Shown here: piece by piece, positions 12,509 through 26,600 of the stretch | Layout: every line of letters begins with the position of its first letter | Position numbering within the stretch: the first letter of the stretch is position 1 | NCBI GenBank assembly: GCA_964016885.1 | Contig: OZ024752.1 | Span: 5,828,001-5,892,000 of the forward strand | Source: Eledone cirrhosa | Lineage: Eukaryota | Reading direction: 5' to 3' | Length of the DNA: 64,000 bases | The notes under the pieces: generated by a model | Databases searched by the model: none | What the model saw: only the letters and a program-made list of their open reading frames with translations | Told to the model about the DNA's origin: nothing | Translations under genes and position numbers: made by a program

Positions 12509-14235
12509 CTCTATATTAATTAAGCTGTTCTCACTTGATGTCTCCACACCACTGGAAGATGGAGGTCTCTCAACTGACTTTGTTGGGCTCAGACTATGTT
12601 CACTGTCGCTATTAACTGGAGTTCGACCTCCACTACCCATAGATTTGCTATCGGCCACAGAAGAACATGGAGATTGAGAATGTTCCTTGATAGTCCCTGT
12701 TGAAGATGTTGAAGAGCTAGATTCATCATTGTGCCAAGAAAATCCATTAATACTCCTTGATAACTCAGTTTCAGGTAAGTCTTTAGAATGTAGTCCCTTA
12801 AATGATTCACTATCTTTCGCCTCATCTGTTTGTTGTTTGTCAGAGGAAGTGACTTGACAATTGTTGGTGTGTGTGGTCAGCAGACTAACAGATGCCTCAT
12901 GAGATATGTCACCATCTGTTGTGTCTTTCTCTTCAACAGACTTGGAAGCTGAGGAACTTGAATCAATGACAGGACGCCGTTTTATAGTACCAGTATCTTC
13001 TGAGCTGGCATAAAGTTCTTCTTCGGAATTGGAGGAACTTGATCCTGCTCTTTTGCTTTGTAATCCAAATATTCCTTCTTTAGGTGTAGTCCCAGGTGAG
13101 GAAAGCCGTGTTAATGATCCATTAGTTTTTATTTTGTTTATAGACCCTCGGAAGTCAGTTTTATCTTTCTTGTCAGTAGGACTTAATAAATCTAGATTTA
13201 TTTCCAACAATGAAGGGGGTTTGATGTGTCTTGTGGCTGGCTGAGGTGGTTGTGACGTATTAAGAGTTGGAAATAATGTATTACTTATTGAAAACTGTGA
13301 AGGAGGGATATTATTACTGTTTGGAGAAAACTTGTTGACTTGGAATGGAAATGGATTTTGGTTGATATCTCCAGAGTTTTGTTTCTCCCTCTCAAGTTCT
13401 TGTTCATACTCGGCACACATACTTAGAATTTCCTCTAGTCGTTGTCTCTCTAGAACTTCTTGTGCTTGTTCCCTCTTTCGCTGTTCGACGATTTCTCTGT
13501 GACGGATCGTCAAATCCTGCTGACTTGACGTCAACTCATTGAAATCAAAATCCATTCCCTCGAATGTGTTACGTTTCGCTTCTTCTGCTGTCATGTTTCC
13601 ATTCATTATTGAAGAACTGTTTTGTACAGGTAGAGGCTGAGTCCCATTTCTTACAACTGATGTAGTGGCACTAATGGTGATATTATTGTCTGTTGGTTTA
13701 CTACTATATGACTGGCTGTTTGACAGCATTGATGGGGATGCTGTTGATACTTTACTTGAAGATGGGTCCTTAGTAGACGATGTATCCGAAGAAATACTGC
13801 TAACACTCGTCAAAGATGAGGAACTATTTGAACTACAAGTGCTAGACACTCGTTCAGATGTGTTGTGAACAAGACTAGCTGCTACTCTTGTCGTTAATGT
13901 ATCCCGGAGAAATAGTTTCTCTCCAAAGTGGAGTTGATTACCAACACGAACCTCAGGAGTTCTGGGAGAGTCAGCTTTACCATTCCCATTCGGAGATTTC
14001 GGTTTCCCTTTGGAAATAAGTTCAAATTTTGAGACTTTGTTTAAGAAATCCTCCTGCTCTAAACTGTCACGATAGCTGTCTTTATTGACAATTTTGGGGA
14101 GCTGAGGGCGACTGCGTGCTGTTGGACGGATTTCTATGCTAGATCTAGTAGTTGGTGTTGGTGTCAGTGTTGGAGATGGTATTTTCACCTGAGCTTCTGT
14201 AATCATTTTCATATATTCTGGATTTTGTTCGAGTT
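12509..14235 (-). CDS. PHLDB1: Large internal coding exon (1727 nt) of the same PHLDB1/LL5-like gene: Ser/Pro-rich region plus a coiled-coil motif
   Basis: ORF 12464..14212 contains ERQRLEEILSMCAEY, like the PHLDB1/2 motif ERQRLETILNLCAEY. The acceptor ttattgcag|AACTC at 14235 is phase 1 and joins the upstream exon as G|AA=Glu, giving ...FLH-E-LEQNPEYMKM. The donor AG|gtaagt at 12509 is phase 0. Confidence 0.88.
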
Positions 14236-14554
14236 CTGCAATAATATAAGAGAAAAAAAAGTTTCCAGTAATTCAATTGTTTATGTTTAACAAAACAAAA
14301 CAAAATAAATAAATAAATAAAATAAACATTTATAAATATCAGATTTTCTAAAAATAGAAAAAATAAGCAAAAATACAATTCTACAAGAAACTGTCTGAAA
14401 ATATTAAAACCTGGAATGAGACATGGCCTTCCACACTGTCTATGAGGACAATGACCCCAGAAATAACAACTGATTTGGGCAGTAACAAACCACTCAACAT
14501 TTAAGTTCATTTTCCATACTAAGGCATTACATGAGGTCCATTTTGAGGCAAAAT

Positions 14555-14832
14555 TTTACACCAGTCCAACCTGTAAGGTGACCATGCTGATGTCACAACA
14601 AAAAGCCCCCAGTCCACCCTGTTAAATGGTTGTGTTGGTGACATGATGAAAGGTACCCAGTCCACACTGTAAATGTTGCAGGTGTTAGGAAGGGCATCCA
14701 GTTGTAGAAACCAAACCTGAACAGTTCTGTGTGAGCAAGACATGGTCACCTCACCTGACTTGTCTTACAATGGGACAACCTGTCTAACCCATGATAGCGT
14801 GGAAAAATGGATGTTAAATGATGATGATGATG
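14555..14832 (+). mobile_element. Degenerate RTE-type 3' UTR
   Basis: ggtgttaggaagggcatccagttgtagaaa...gatgttaaat(gat)n. Confidence 0.75.
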
Positions 14833-15699
14833 ATGGTGGTGGTGATGGTGATGGTGATGGTGGTGGTGGTGATGATGACTATGATGATGCCCTTCACAGC
14901 ACCAGTCCTTTTAGTCACCTGTATATTCAGAGATATACACTTAACCCTACTTTAAACTAGGTACACACAATATGGAAAAGTGAACACATGATGTTGATGA
15001 TGATGATGATCTTGATTAAATATTGTGAATCTAAACTATAATAAAGTAAGGAGAGCGGGACTGCGTCCAGAATATATTTTTTTATCCCGTTTGTAAAATA
15101 AGTTGGATTACTTTGAATAAATAATGAATGAATATTACATAATTTATCTATTAAATTACATTATTCTTGATTAAATAAATAATTTTGTTGCTTATTTTAA
15201 GATTCACTTCTTTAAAATTTTCAAATGTCAACACTTCCGGTTAACCATCGCTTAAATAAAAATTCATATATTTCTGTCACTAATTTTCTCCTAATGCAGT
15301 TTATATATAATATCGTCTTTTTTTAATGTATCATGGATTACTTTACTGGTTACATAAGAGAGTGTAACACAGTCTCTCTTCAATTTCTGTGTATATTGTC
15401 AATTATGATTTTATTTGATGTATCATATCTACATGCATATATACTTGCGTATAATATCAATATACACACTACACATGCCAGCAGAAAAACCACCCTTTGT
15501 AGTATTTGTAATGTAAAAAACTCAATGAGAATAGACATTAGTTTTGTCAGGTGTCAAAAATGAGACCTCATATCATATGTACATTTTATTGTGGTCAGTG
15601 TTAGTTTGTCATGGACACATCAATTTAATGGCCAGCAAAAATAGCAAATAAAATTATTCTAACTGTTCTATATTTTTCTTCATATTGAAACCTGGGAAA

Positions 15700-16196
15700 A
15701 AAACCTGGGACGAGCTGATAAACTCCGACCTCACACCTCTCCAAGACAATGTCACTGGACCGAGACCTTTGGCGGTACTCAGTAATAGAGAAGACCCGCC
15801 TTACCTAAATACATAGTAAAACCTACTACAGTCAGTAGGCATCTCTAACAAAATACACCCCCGTCCCACCACTCCATCCACACCGCCCCCTTCTATGTAA
15901 AGTTATGTTGGTGCCGCACCATCCAGGCCGAAACAAATGAGATCGTGTAGGTGTCACGACAAAAAAACACACAGTCCACGCTGTAATGTGGCCGTGTAGG
16001 CAACACGGTAAAAACCTCCCAGACCCACACTGTAAATGTGGTTGGTGTTAGGAAGGGCATCCAACTGTAGAAAACCTGTCAGACAGTCCTATGCGAGCAG
16101 GACAATCACTCTTGCCTCAAGTGGGACTACCCTCATCCAAACCCATGCAAGCGTGGAACACGGACGTTAAACGTTGATGATGATGATGATGATGAT
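15700..16196 (+). mobile_element. RTE 3' fragment
   Basis: Matches 9723-10236. Confidence 0.92.
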
Positions 16197-16256
16197 TGGT
16201 TGAATTTACAATTGTTTTATATTTTTTACTGGTTAGTCAGGAGGGGCAGTGGCCAT

Positions 16257-16805
16257 GATAGATAGATAGATAGATATAGAAAGACAGGTAGATAGGAAGA
16301 CAGGTAGATAGGAAGACAGGTAGATAGGAAGACAGGTAGATAGGAAGACAGGTAGATAGGTAGATAGGTAGATATATAGATAGATAGGAAGACAGGTAGA
16401 TAGGAAGACAGGTAGATAGGAAGACAGGTAGATAGGAAGATAGGAAGACAGGTAGACAGGTAGATAGGTAGATATATAGATAGATAGATAGATATAGATA
16501 GGAAGACATATAGATAGCTAGCATCCGAAACGTTAAGACCCTCTTCCTGCTATTTCGAGCGTTAACCTAATATATTCCTTCCACATACTGTACCGATTGT
16601 GTTGTTTCTGTTTACCTTTTAAATACATACATACAGAGAGAGAGAGAGAGAGGGGGGGGGACAGACAGGTAGAGAGAGAGAGGGGGGGGGGAGACAGACA
16701 GGTAGAGAGAGAGAGGGGGGGGAGACAGACAGGTAGAGAGAGAGAGAGGGGGGGGGAGACAGACAGGTAGAGAGAGAGAAAGAGGGAGACAGACAGGTAG
16801 AGAGA
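16257..16805. repeat. GATA/18-bp (gataggaagacaggta) and GA-rich repeats flanking a Penelope-like 3' end (16524-16625)
   Basis: ccgaaacgttaagaccctcttcc...tgtttacctttt matches 41027-41125. Confidence 0.8.
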
Positions 16806-16920
16806 AGGGGTGGGTGTGTAAAAAGTTAGGTAAGTAGATAGGTATGACAGTTAAAATATATTGTTTTAGAAGAGTCTTCCAAAATTAGATGAAAGAGTGT
16901 CTTGAAAAGTTTCTTATAAT

Positions 16921-17106
16921 TGTTTCTACTTTAGGCACAAGGCCAGCAAATACCCAGTGTATTACTGGTACTTTATTTTATCGACCCCGTAAGGATGAAA
17001 GGCAAAGCTAACCTCGACGGGATTTGAACTCAGACCGTAAAGGGACGTAACTCTTTGCTGGAAAGCATGGCGTCCGACCCTCTACCGATACTGCCAATCC
17101 ACCGCC
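16921..17106 (-). mobile_element. Second SINE family (tRNA head plus Meta-like domain) with a 20-bp TSD
   Basis: TSD cttgaaaagtttcttataat at 16901-20 and 17107-26. The minus strand has the B box gagttcaaatc and gcctttcatccttacggggtcgataaaataaagtaccag. Confidence 0.88.
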
Positions 17107-18599
17107 CTTGAAAAGTTTCTTATAATGTCGTCTCTTTTAGTTTCCTTTCTTTAAGGAATGTTCTGGAATAGTTAACAACTGAAGAATACAAAGATTTAGC
17201 AACTAAAAGAAATATTGAAGTAGGGAGAAGGATGGGGGTGGTGAACACACAAGATAAATAACTAGTCTGAAACAGTCACAGTAAAGTAGGGCTGTGTTGG
17301 TGGGGTGGGGGTATTGGGGTGGGGGTAGAGGGGTATGGGGTGGTGGACGGTATGGGGGGGAGCTTTGAGTAGTTTCTGGGTTGGTTTGAGGTTAGGGACC
17401 TAAGGCAGATGGGGGGGGGGGGTAAGGCAGAGTGTGTGTGTGTGGGGGGGGGGCTAAGGTAGATTGGGGAGGGGTATGGACCTAAGGCAGATTGGGGGGG
17501 ACCTAAGGCAGTCTGTGGGTGTGTTGGGGTGAAGGCCCAGAGGCAGATTATGGGGGGGGGAGGGGTTAGACTAGGCAGAATTTGGGAAAGAAAAGGAAAG
17601 ACAAAAATATTGTACAACGCATTTCAAAGAAATTAGAATGTGAAAGCGAGGGTGGAGGGTGGGTGGGGTGGGGGAAGGAAGGGGGTGGGGTGGAGGAGCA
17701 AATATAATATCAGATACATTAAAAACCAACAACAACAACAATAATAATTGTTTCTACTTTTGGCACTAATAATAATAATAATGATAATGATGATATTAAT
17801 GATGATGATGATATTGGTGATGATGGTGATGATGATGGTGACGACAACAATAATAATAGTTGAAAAGTAAGAAAACGCAAATGGTGGGTGGATGGAGGTG
17901 ATAAAAAAACGATGATGATGATGATGATGGTGCTGATATAGCTGGTAATGATGGTGATGATGATGATGATGGCAATGATGATGATGGATGGCGGTGGTGG
18001 TGTTGGCAATGATAACAACATCAACATCAACAACAACAACAGTAAACATGGAAGTAATGAAGACCAGATGGAAATATCTCACTTGGAAAAAATAAAGCAA
18101 ACAACAAAGAAATATAATTAAAAAAACAGTTATTCTGTGTGTAATTATGAATAGGTGACCAACTATTAGGGTGGTGGGGCATGGTAAGATTTACAAGAGA
18201 GAAATATATAGCAGTGAAAAATAATAAAATATATCCCCCCCCCCCAAAAAAAAATATGGGGGGGGGTCGAGCGAGTGATTATGGAAGATATAACAGTTGC
18301 TGCAAATACATATATATATATGTATATTATATATATATATGTATATTATATATATATATGTATATTATATATGTATATTATATATATATATATAATATAT
18401 GTATATAATATATATATATGTATATTATATATGTATATTATATATATATAATATACATATATAATATACATATATATATATTATATACATATATTATATA
18501 TATATTATAGTATACTAGGGAAAGGATCAGGGGTGTATAACACTCCACTTATCCAACAGGCAGTATAAGGTTAGCTCAATGTCAGAGGACAGAGCCGTG

Positions 18600-19316
18600 A
18601 TATAATCAATAACAAAGAACGCCTATAGCATATGCATATCTTTACTTGCTAACATTGTTTCATCCGCACTATAAGTGGGACTCATCAGAGCATAAAGGTT
18701 AATTACATACCATACAAGCAATAACAAATCCAAGACATTGAAGAATGAAAGGTAATAATAGACGATAAAGGATATTAAGGAAGTAAAAGTAAAAATAAAG
18801 ATAAGAATACTAAGCAGTGAAAAATAATGAAAAATAAGGGGTGCTATCAGTCACAGTTGGGCGGGGTGCTGTCAACATATAGTTACATACAAGCATACAC
18901 ATGGATAAGAGAACAGACAAGAGTAGACACATGGATAAGAGAACAGACAAGAGTAGATAAGATAGATGGGATTAGGTAAGAGTAGGTAAAAAATAGGTAA
19001 AAAATAGGTGAAAAAACAGACTTATAATATATATAAAAATAAGAAAATATAAAGAAATGCAAAGAAATACATAACAAACTTACATATAAAATATAAAATA
19101 TACAGATAATAGTGATACAGGGTAAGGAATGAGATAAAATAAAATAATATAAAATAATATAAAATTAAAATTAAAAATTATATACATAGAACATAATATA
19201 ATATAATCGTACAATAAGATAAAATAAGGTAAACTAAAATCAAATAACATAGACTAAATTAAAATAATATAATATAAGATATAATTAAATGTATAATTAA
19301 ATGTAATTAAATGTAA

Positions 19317-19360
<44 letters not shown>

Positions 19361-19812
19361 GTAAAAATTAAATAAATAAATAAAATTAAAATTTAAATTT
19401 TAAATTTAAAATTAAAATTTAAATTTAAATAAATAAATAAATAAATAAATGAATAAATGGAGTCAAGTAAGTAAATAAATAGAATTAGATAACATGAAAT
19501 GAAATAAAATAAAATAAAATGAAATAAAGTAAGTTGAGATAAGATATATATTTTTTTAGAATATATCTCTTGAATATATCAGGGGCCCACGAAGGCACTA
19601 AGTGTCACAGTTATGTGTATCACTTGACCATTTTTTTAAAATATATTTCTTGAAAACATCAGGGGCCCACGAAGGCACTAAGTGTTATTATTGCTTGTAT
19701 GGTATGTAATTAACCTTTATGCTCTGATGAGTCCCACTTATAGTGCGGATGAAACAATGTTAGCAAGTAAAGATATGCATATGCTATAAGCGTTCTTTGT
19801 TATTTATTATAT
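18600..19812. mobile_element. Penelope-like remnant: about 125-bp inverted arms about 960 bp apart, each with a hammerhead motif
   Basis: 18600-18725 is the reverse complement of 19690-19812. The motif tgct-CTGATGA-gtcc..ggat-GAAA-C-aat-G-TT-agca occurs at 19720-19765 (+) and 18647-18692 (-). Confidence 0.72.
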
Positions 19813-19894
19813 ATATATTATATACATATATAATATACATATATAATATACATATATAATATACATATATATATGGGCCTTGTTCATATGGGGC

Positions 19895-22800
19895 CACATT
19901 TTGGTTGGAGAGTAATATGCCAAATTGCTGAGGCAGTCATGAAAGGCTATCAAGACCAAACACCCAGGAAAACTGACAAAAGGGGTCTTGTTACATCAGG
20001 ACAATGCTCCAGCACACAAGTCATTGGCTTCAATGGCAGTTGTGGCTTTGAACTGGTTGATAACTCTCCCTATTCTTCTCATTTGGCCCCATCTGACTAT
20101 CAACTGTTCCTGTGGCTTTGAACTGGTTGATAACTCTCCCTATTCTTCTCATTTGGCCCCATCTGACTATCAACTGTTCCTGTGGCTTTGAACTGGTTGA
20201 TAACCCTCCCTATTCTTCTCATTTGGCCCCATCTGACTATCAACTGTTCCTGTGGCTTTGAACTGGTTGATAACCCTCCCTATTCTTCTCATTTGGCCCC
20301 ATCTGACTATCAACTGTTCCTGTGGCTTTGAACTGGTTGATAACCCTCCCTATTCTTCTCATTTGGCCCCATCTGACTATCAACTGTTCCTGTGGCTTTG
20401 AACTGGTTGATAACTCTCCCTATTCTTCTCATTTGGCCCCATCTGACTATCAACTGTTCCTGTGGCTTTGAACTGGTTGATAACTCTCCCTATTCTTCTC
20501 ATTTGGCCCATCTGACTATCAACTGTTCCTGTGGCTTTGAACTGGTTGATAACCCTCCCTATTCTTCTCATTTGGCCCCATCTGACTATCAACTGTTCCT
20601 GTGGCTTTAAACTGGTTGATAACTCTCCCTATTCTTCTCATTTGGCCCCATCTGACTATCAACTGTTCCTGTGGCTTTGAACTGGTTGATAACTCTCCCT
20701 ATTCTTCTCATTTGGCCCCATCTGACTATCAACTGTTCCTGTGGCTTTGAACTGGTTGATAACCCTCCCTATTCTTCTCATTTGGCCCCATCTGACTATC
20801 AACTGTTCCTGTGGCTTTGAACTGGTTGATAACCCTCCCTATTCTTCTGATTTGGCCCCATCTGACTATCAACTGTTCCTGTGTCTTTGAACTGGTTGAT
20901 AACTCTCCCTATTCTTCTGATTTGGCCCCATCTGACTATCAACTGTTCCTGTGGCTTTGAACTGGTTGATAACTCTCCCTATTCTTCTCATTTGGCCCCA
21001 TCTGACTATCAACTGTTCCTGTGGCTTTGAACTGGTTGATAACCCTCCCTATTCTTCTCATTTGGCCCCATCTGACTATCAACTGTTCCTGTGGCTTTGA
21101 ACTGGTTGATAACCCTCCCTATTCTTCTGATTTGGCCCCATCTGACTATCAACTGTTCCTGTGTCTTTGAACTGGTTGATAACTCTCCCTATTCTTCTGA
21201 TTTGGCCCCATCTGACTATCAACTGTTCCTGTGGCTTTGAACTGGTTGGTAACCCTCCCTATTCTTCTGATTTGGCCCCATCTGACTATCAACTGTTCCT
21301 GTGGCTTTAAACTGGTTGATAACTCTCCCTATTCTTCTCATTTGGCCCCATCTGACTATCAACTGTTCCTGTGGCTTTGAACTGGTTGATAACCCTCCCT
21401 ATTCTTCTGATTTGGCCCCATCTGACTATCAACTGTTCCTGTGTCTTTGAACTGGTTGATAACCCTCCCTATTCTTCTGATTTGGCCCCATCTGACTATC
21501 AACTGTTCCTGTGGCTTTAAACTGGTTGATAACTCTCCCTATTCTTCTCATTTGGCCCCATCTGACTATCAACTGTTCCCGTGGCTTTAAACTGGTTGAT
21601 AACCCTCCCTATTCTTCTGATTTGGCCCCATCTGACTATCAACTGTTCCTGTGTCTTTAAACTGGTTGATAACTCTCCCTATTCTTCTGATTTGGCCCCA
21701 TCTGACTATCAACTGTTCCTGTGGCTTTGAACTGGTTGATAACCCTCCCTATTCTTCTCATTTGGCCCCATCTGACTATCAACTGTTCCCGTGGCTTTAA
21801 ACTGGTTGATAACCCTCCCTATTCTTCTGATTTGGCCCCATCTGACTATCAACTGTTCCTGTGGCTTTAAACTGGTTGATAACCCTCCCTATTCTTCTCA
21901 TTTGGCCCCATCTGACTATCAACTGTTCCTGTGTCTTTAAACTGGTTGATAACTCTCCCTATTCTTCTCATTTGGCCCCATCTGACTATCAACTGTTCCT
22001 GTGTCTTTAAACTGGTTGATAACTCTCCCTATTCTTCTCATTTGGCCCCATCTGACTATCAACTGTTCCCGTGGCTTTAAACTGGTTGATAACTCTCCCT
22101 ATTCTTCTGATTTGGCCCCATCTGACTATCAACTGTTCCTGTGGCTTTGAACTGGTTGATAACTCTCCCTATTCTTCTCATTTGGCCCCATCTGACTATC
22201 AACTGTTCCTGTGGCTTTGAACTGGTTGATAACCCTCCCTATTCTTCTCATTTGGCCCCATCTGACTATCAACTGTTCCTGTGGCTTTGAACTGGTTGAT
22301 AACCCTCCCTATTCTTCTGATTTGGCCCCATCTGACTATCAACTGTTCCTGTGTCTTTGAACTGGTTGATAACTCTCCCTATTCTTCTGATTTGGCCCCA
22401 TCTGACTATCAACTGTTCCTGTGGCTTTAAACTGGTTGATAACCCTCCCTATTCTTCTCATTTGGCCCCATCTGACTATCAACTGTTCCTGTGTCTTTGA
22501 ACTGGTTGATAACTCTCCCTATTCTTCTCATTTGGCCCCATCTGACTATCAACTGTTCCTGTGTCTTTAAACTGGTTGATAACTCTCCCTATTCTTCTGA
22601 TTTGGCCCCATCTGACTATCAACTGTTCCTGTGGCTTTGAACTGGTTGATAACCCTCCCTATTCTTCTCATTTGGCCCCATCTGACTATCAACTGTTCCC
22701 GTGGCTTTAAACTGGTTGATAACCCTCCCTATTCTTCTCATTTGGCCCCATCTGACTATCAACTGTTCCTGTGGCTTTAAACTGGTTGATAACCCTCCCT

Positions 22801-23541
22801 ATTCTTCTCATTTGGCCCCATCTGACTATCAACTGTTCCTGTGTCTTTAAACTGGTTGATAACTCTCCCTATTCTTCTCATTTGGCCCCATCTGACTATC
22901 AACTGTTCCTGTGTCTTTAAACTGGTTGATAACTCTCCCTATTCTTCTCATTTGGCCCCATCTGATTATCAACTGTTCCCGTGTCTTTAAACTGGTTGAT
23001 AACCCTCCCTATTCTTCTCATTTGGCCCCATCTGACTATCAACTGTTCCTGTGGCTTTAAACTGGTTGATAACCCTCCCTATTCTTCTCATTTGGCCCCA
23101 TCTGACTATCAACTGTTCCTGTGTCTTTAAACTGGTTGATAACTCTCCCTATTCTTCTCATTTGGCCCCATCTGACTATCAACTGTCCCTGTGTCTTTAA
23201 ACTGGTTGATAACTCTCCCTATTCTTCTGATTTGGCCCCATCTGACTATCAACTGTTCCTGTGGCTTTAAACTGGTTGATAACCCTCCCTATTCTTCTGA
23301 TTTGGCCCCATCTGACTATCAACTGTTCCCCAACATGAACACACACTTGGTTAGGAACCAGTATTGCAGAGATGATGATGCCATATCTGCTGTTGACTTT
23401 TTTTTACCAACAGGATGAAAGCTTCTTCAGCAATGGGATTCAAGCACTGCAACACTGATGGAAGAAATGTGTGAACCGCAAGAGGGACTATTTCCATAAG
23501 AGTATCTTGGTCAGTCTATCAACCTTCAACCGACCCTCCTA
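19895..23541 (+). mobile_element. Decayed mariner (DD34D) transposon 3' half with an internal tandem amplification
   Basis: Translates KAIKTKHPGKLTKGVLLHQDNAPAHKS...PPYSSDLAPSDYQLFPNM, with a decayed C-terminus. A TIR-like aaccttcaaccgaccctcc followed by TA lies at 23521-41. Confidence 0.9.
20041..23329. repeat. 70-bp minisatellite, 47 copies, derived from the mariner YSPDLAPSD region
   Basis: Unit tgtggctttgaactggttgataaccctccctattcttctcatttggccccatctgactatcaactgttcc. The span is 3289 bp = 47x70-1. Confidence 0.97.
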
Positions 23542-23564
23542 AAGTAACTAAGGATGCAACTAAA

Positions 23565-23672
23565 ATACTTCAGTTGAAATGAAGTGTTTTGCTCAAGAAC
23601 ACAACCCAGGAATCGAACCCACTATATTATGATAGTAAGTCCAACACCCTTACCACTAGGCCACCTGCCTCC
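23565..23672 (-). mobile_element. Degenerate tRNA-SINE head
   Basis: Reverse complement has ggcaggtggcctagtggtaaggg and gggttcgattcct. Confidence 0.6.
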
Positions 23673-23949
23673 ACTACCTATAATATGTAACTACTGTATA
23701 TTAGTTGACTATGAGCTAAATAGTTGAAATTTGGTCTATTGGCTAGAATATCATCATCATCACCATCTCAATCTCTGTTATTGTATTTATGACATTAAAC
23801 AGAACACATTTTATTACCTGACACAATTTAGGTGAACATAGACACTACAAACACTTCTATTGTTACAATTGACTGACTTTCTTGCAGGAAGCAAGCCTGT
23901 CCAGATTCAAACTTCTTATTTTATGATGCACCCAACCATTACCAGCTCA

Positions 23950-25568
23950 GTATTTTGATACTAATCTGTCTGAAACCTACTTTGAAATGATACAAAACTG
24001 TTTTCTTTTAGTCTTTCTTTATATTTATCTGAAAACCATCCTCCATAATTTTATGTAACAACTTTTGTTAAGTTATGTTCCAAAACACCAGATTGATAAT
24101 GAGAAAGCTAATATGTTACAAGATACGTTGAAATTCATAGCGTCTTTCATTAGAAATATGGTAATGAAAGGATTAATGACATAGACAGTGTCTTTCATTA
24201 GAAATATGGTAATGAAAGGGTTAATGACATAGACAGTGTCTTTCATTAGAAATATGGTAATGAAAGGATTAATGACATAGACAGGGTCTTTCATTAGAAA
24301 TATGGTAATGAAAGTATTAATGACATAGACAGTGTCTTTCATTAGAAATATGGTAATGAAAGGATTAATGACATAGACAGGGTCTTTCATTAGAAATATG
24401 GTAATGAAAGGATTAATGACATAGTCAGGGTCTTTCATTAGAAATATGGTAATGAAAGGATTAATGACATAGACAGTGTCTTTCATTAGAAATATGGTAA
24501 TGAAAGGATTAATGACATAGACAGGGTCTTTCATTAGAAATATGGTAATGAAAGGATTAATGACATAGACAGTGTCTTTCATTAGAAATATGGCAATGAA
24601 AGGATTAATGACATAGACAGGGTCTTTCATTAGAAATATGGTAATGAAAGGATTAATGACATAGACAGTGTCTTTCATTAGAAATATGGTAATGAAAGGA
24701 TTAATGACATAGACAGTGTCTTTCATTAGAAATATGGCAATGAAAGGGTTAATGACATAGACAGTGTCTCTCATTAGAAATATGGTAATAAAAGGGTTAA
24801 TGACATAGACAGTGTCTTTCATTAGAAATATGGTAATGGAAGAGTTAATGACATAGACAGTGTCTTTCATTAGAAATATGGTAATGAAAGGGTTAATGAC
24901 ATAGACAGTGTCTCTCATTAGAAATATGGTAATAAAAGGGTTAATGACATAGACAGTGTCTTTCATTAGAAATATGGTAATGAAAGGGTTAATGACATAG
25001 ACAGTGTCTTTCATTAGAAATATGGTAATGAAAGGGTTAAAGACATAGACAGTGTCTCTCATTAGAAATATGGTAATGGAAGGGTTAATGACATAGACAG
25101 TGTCTCTCATTAGAAATATGGTAATGAAAGGGTTAATGACATAGACAGTGTCTTTCATTAGAAATATGGTAATGAAAGGGTTAATGACATAGACAGTGTC
25201 TTTCATTAGAAATATGGTAATGAAAGGGTTAATGACATAGACAGTGTCTCTCATTAGAAATATGGTAATAAAAGGGTTAATGACATAGGCAGTGTCTTTC
25301 ATTAGAAATATGGTAATGAAAGGGTTAATGACATAGACAGTGTCTTTCATTAGAAATATGGTAATGAAAGGGTTAAAGACATAGACAGTGTCTCTCATTA
25401 GAAATATGGTAATGGAAGGGTTAATGACATAGACAGTGTCTCTCATTAGAAATATGGTAATGAAAGGGTTAATGACATAGACAGTGTCTTTCATTAGAAA
25501 TATGGTAATGAAAGGGTTAATGACATAGACAGTGTCTTTCATTAGAAATATGGTAATGAAAGGATTAA
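23950..25568 (-). mobile_element. TTAA-flanked (piggyBac-like) MITE whose terminal 48 bp is tandemly amplified
   Basis: The body at 23950-24140 is homologous (reverse complement) to 59690-59900. The terminus is ttaaccctttcattaccatatttctaatgaaagacactgtctatg. Confidence 0.7.
24142..25568. repeat. 48-bp minisatellite, about 30 copies
   Basis: Unit gtctttcattagaaatatggtaatgaaagggttaatgacatagacagt. Confidence 0.97.
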
Positions 25569-25639
25569 ACCATTTATTCCATCAAGAAATGGATATAAAA
25601 ACTTTATCTGAAAAATTAATTAGAATTATTGACATAAGT

Positions 25640-26600
25640 AGACAGAGATTCCCCACCCACATAGTCTATGCCCTCCGGTGTTCCCTTTGGGGATCATTAT
25701 ACATCAGACAAACAGGACGCTGTTTGGCAGACTGGTTTGCTGAACATTTGAGGGACATACGACTTGGTATCGATACTCCCGTTGCTCATTATTTCCATTC
25801 CCCAGGTCACTCTTCCCTATATGTCCTTGGTGTCCTTTTACATCACACACCTTGCACACCATGAGAGAGCAGAGTCTGATTATTCTCCTCGGGTCCACGT
25901 TTCCCCAATGGACTCAACTCCCCTCCCCACCCTTGCCCCCATCACGTTTACCCCATCTGTTGTCATGCACGCGTACAATCACCCCCTAGGTTCCTCTAGC
26001 TCTGTTATGGTCTGAAACCTACACTCTAACAGCTTATACAGACCAATAAAAAATGCACACACCTCTACATTTACCTTCACAACTCTGTACACACACACAC
26101 TCCCTTATATACACATATTTTTGCTCAAGGCTTCGTACTTACAAGCACACACACACATTTACCTACATATACACACACACATATCCTCTTAGCTTTGTAC
26201 AGACATATAACACATGCACATGTATACACACATGCAGATGTACAATACTATATACAAAACGTTTTGTTTTCCCTTTCAAATAGATATGCTTCATCACCAT
26301 CTTTTCAAAAAAGTATATCATACACAAAAGACCAGCATCAACAGTTTTCCAAGAGATGGCAACATGAATGGATCTGTTATTTTTCTCTAAAAAAGATGCT
26401 TCTACTTCTGCCCTGCCTGTCTCCTCAATCTTTCTATTTCTTCTTTAATTTCTCATTCTTTCTTCTGATGAAGGACTTGTGTCCGAAACATTAAGGCTCT
26501 TTTCCTACTATATCAAGCGTAAAACTACTAACATTTCTTCATTGTACTGTGTCATTTGCTTTGTTATTTCTGTTTGCCTTTTGCATACCTACATACACAC
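25640..26600 (+). mobile_element. Decayed Penelope-like element: GIY-YIG endonuclease remnant plus 3' end with a minimal hammerhead
   Basis: HIVYALRCSLWGSLYIRQTGRCLADWFAEHLRDIR...PVAHYF...H fits the PLE pattern VY.I.C..C...YIGQTGR.L..RF.EH. ..FPNGLN follows in a shifted frame. CTGATGA-a-ggac-ttgt-gtcc-GAAA lies at 26465-88. Confidence 0.82.

Noticed and set aside
24073-25542. 489-aa repetitive ORF
   Set aside because: The 48-bp unit is divisible by 3 and is a MITE terminus; there is no evidence of coding.
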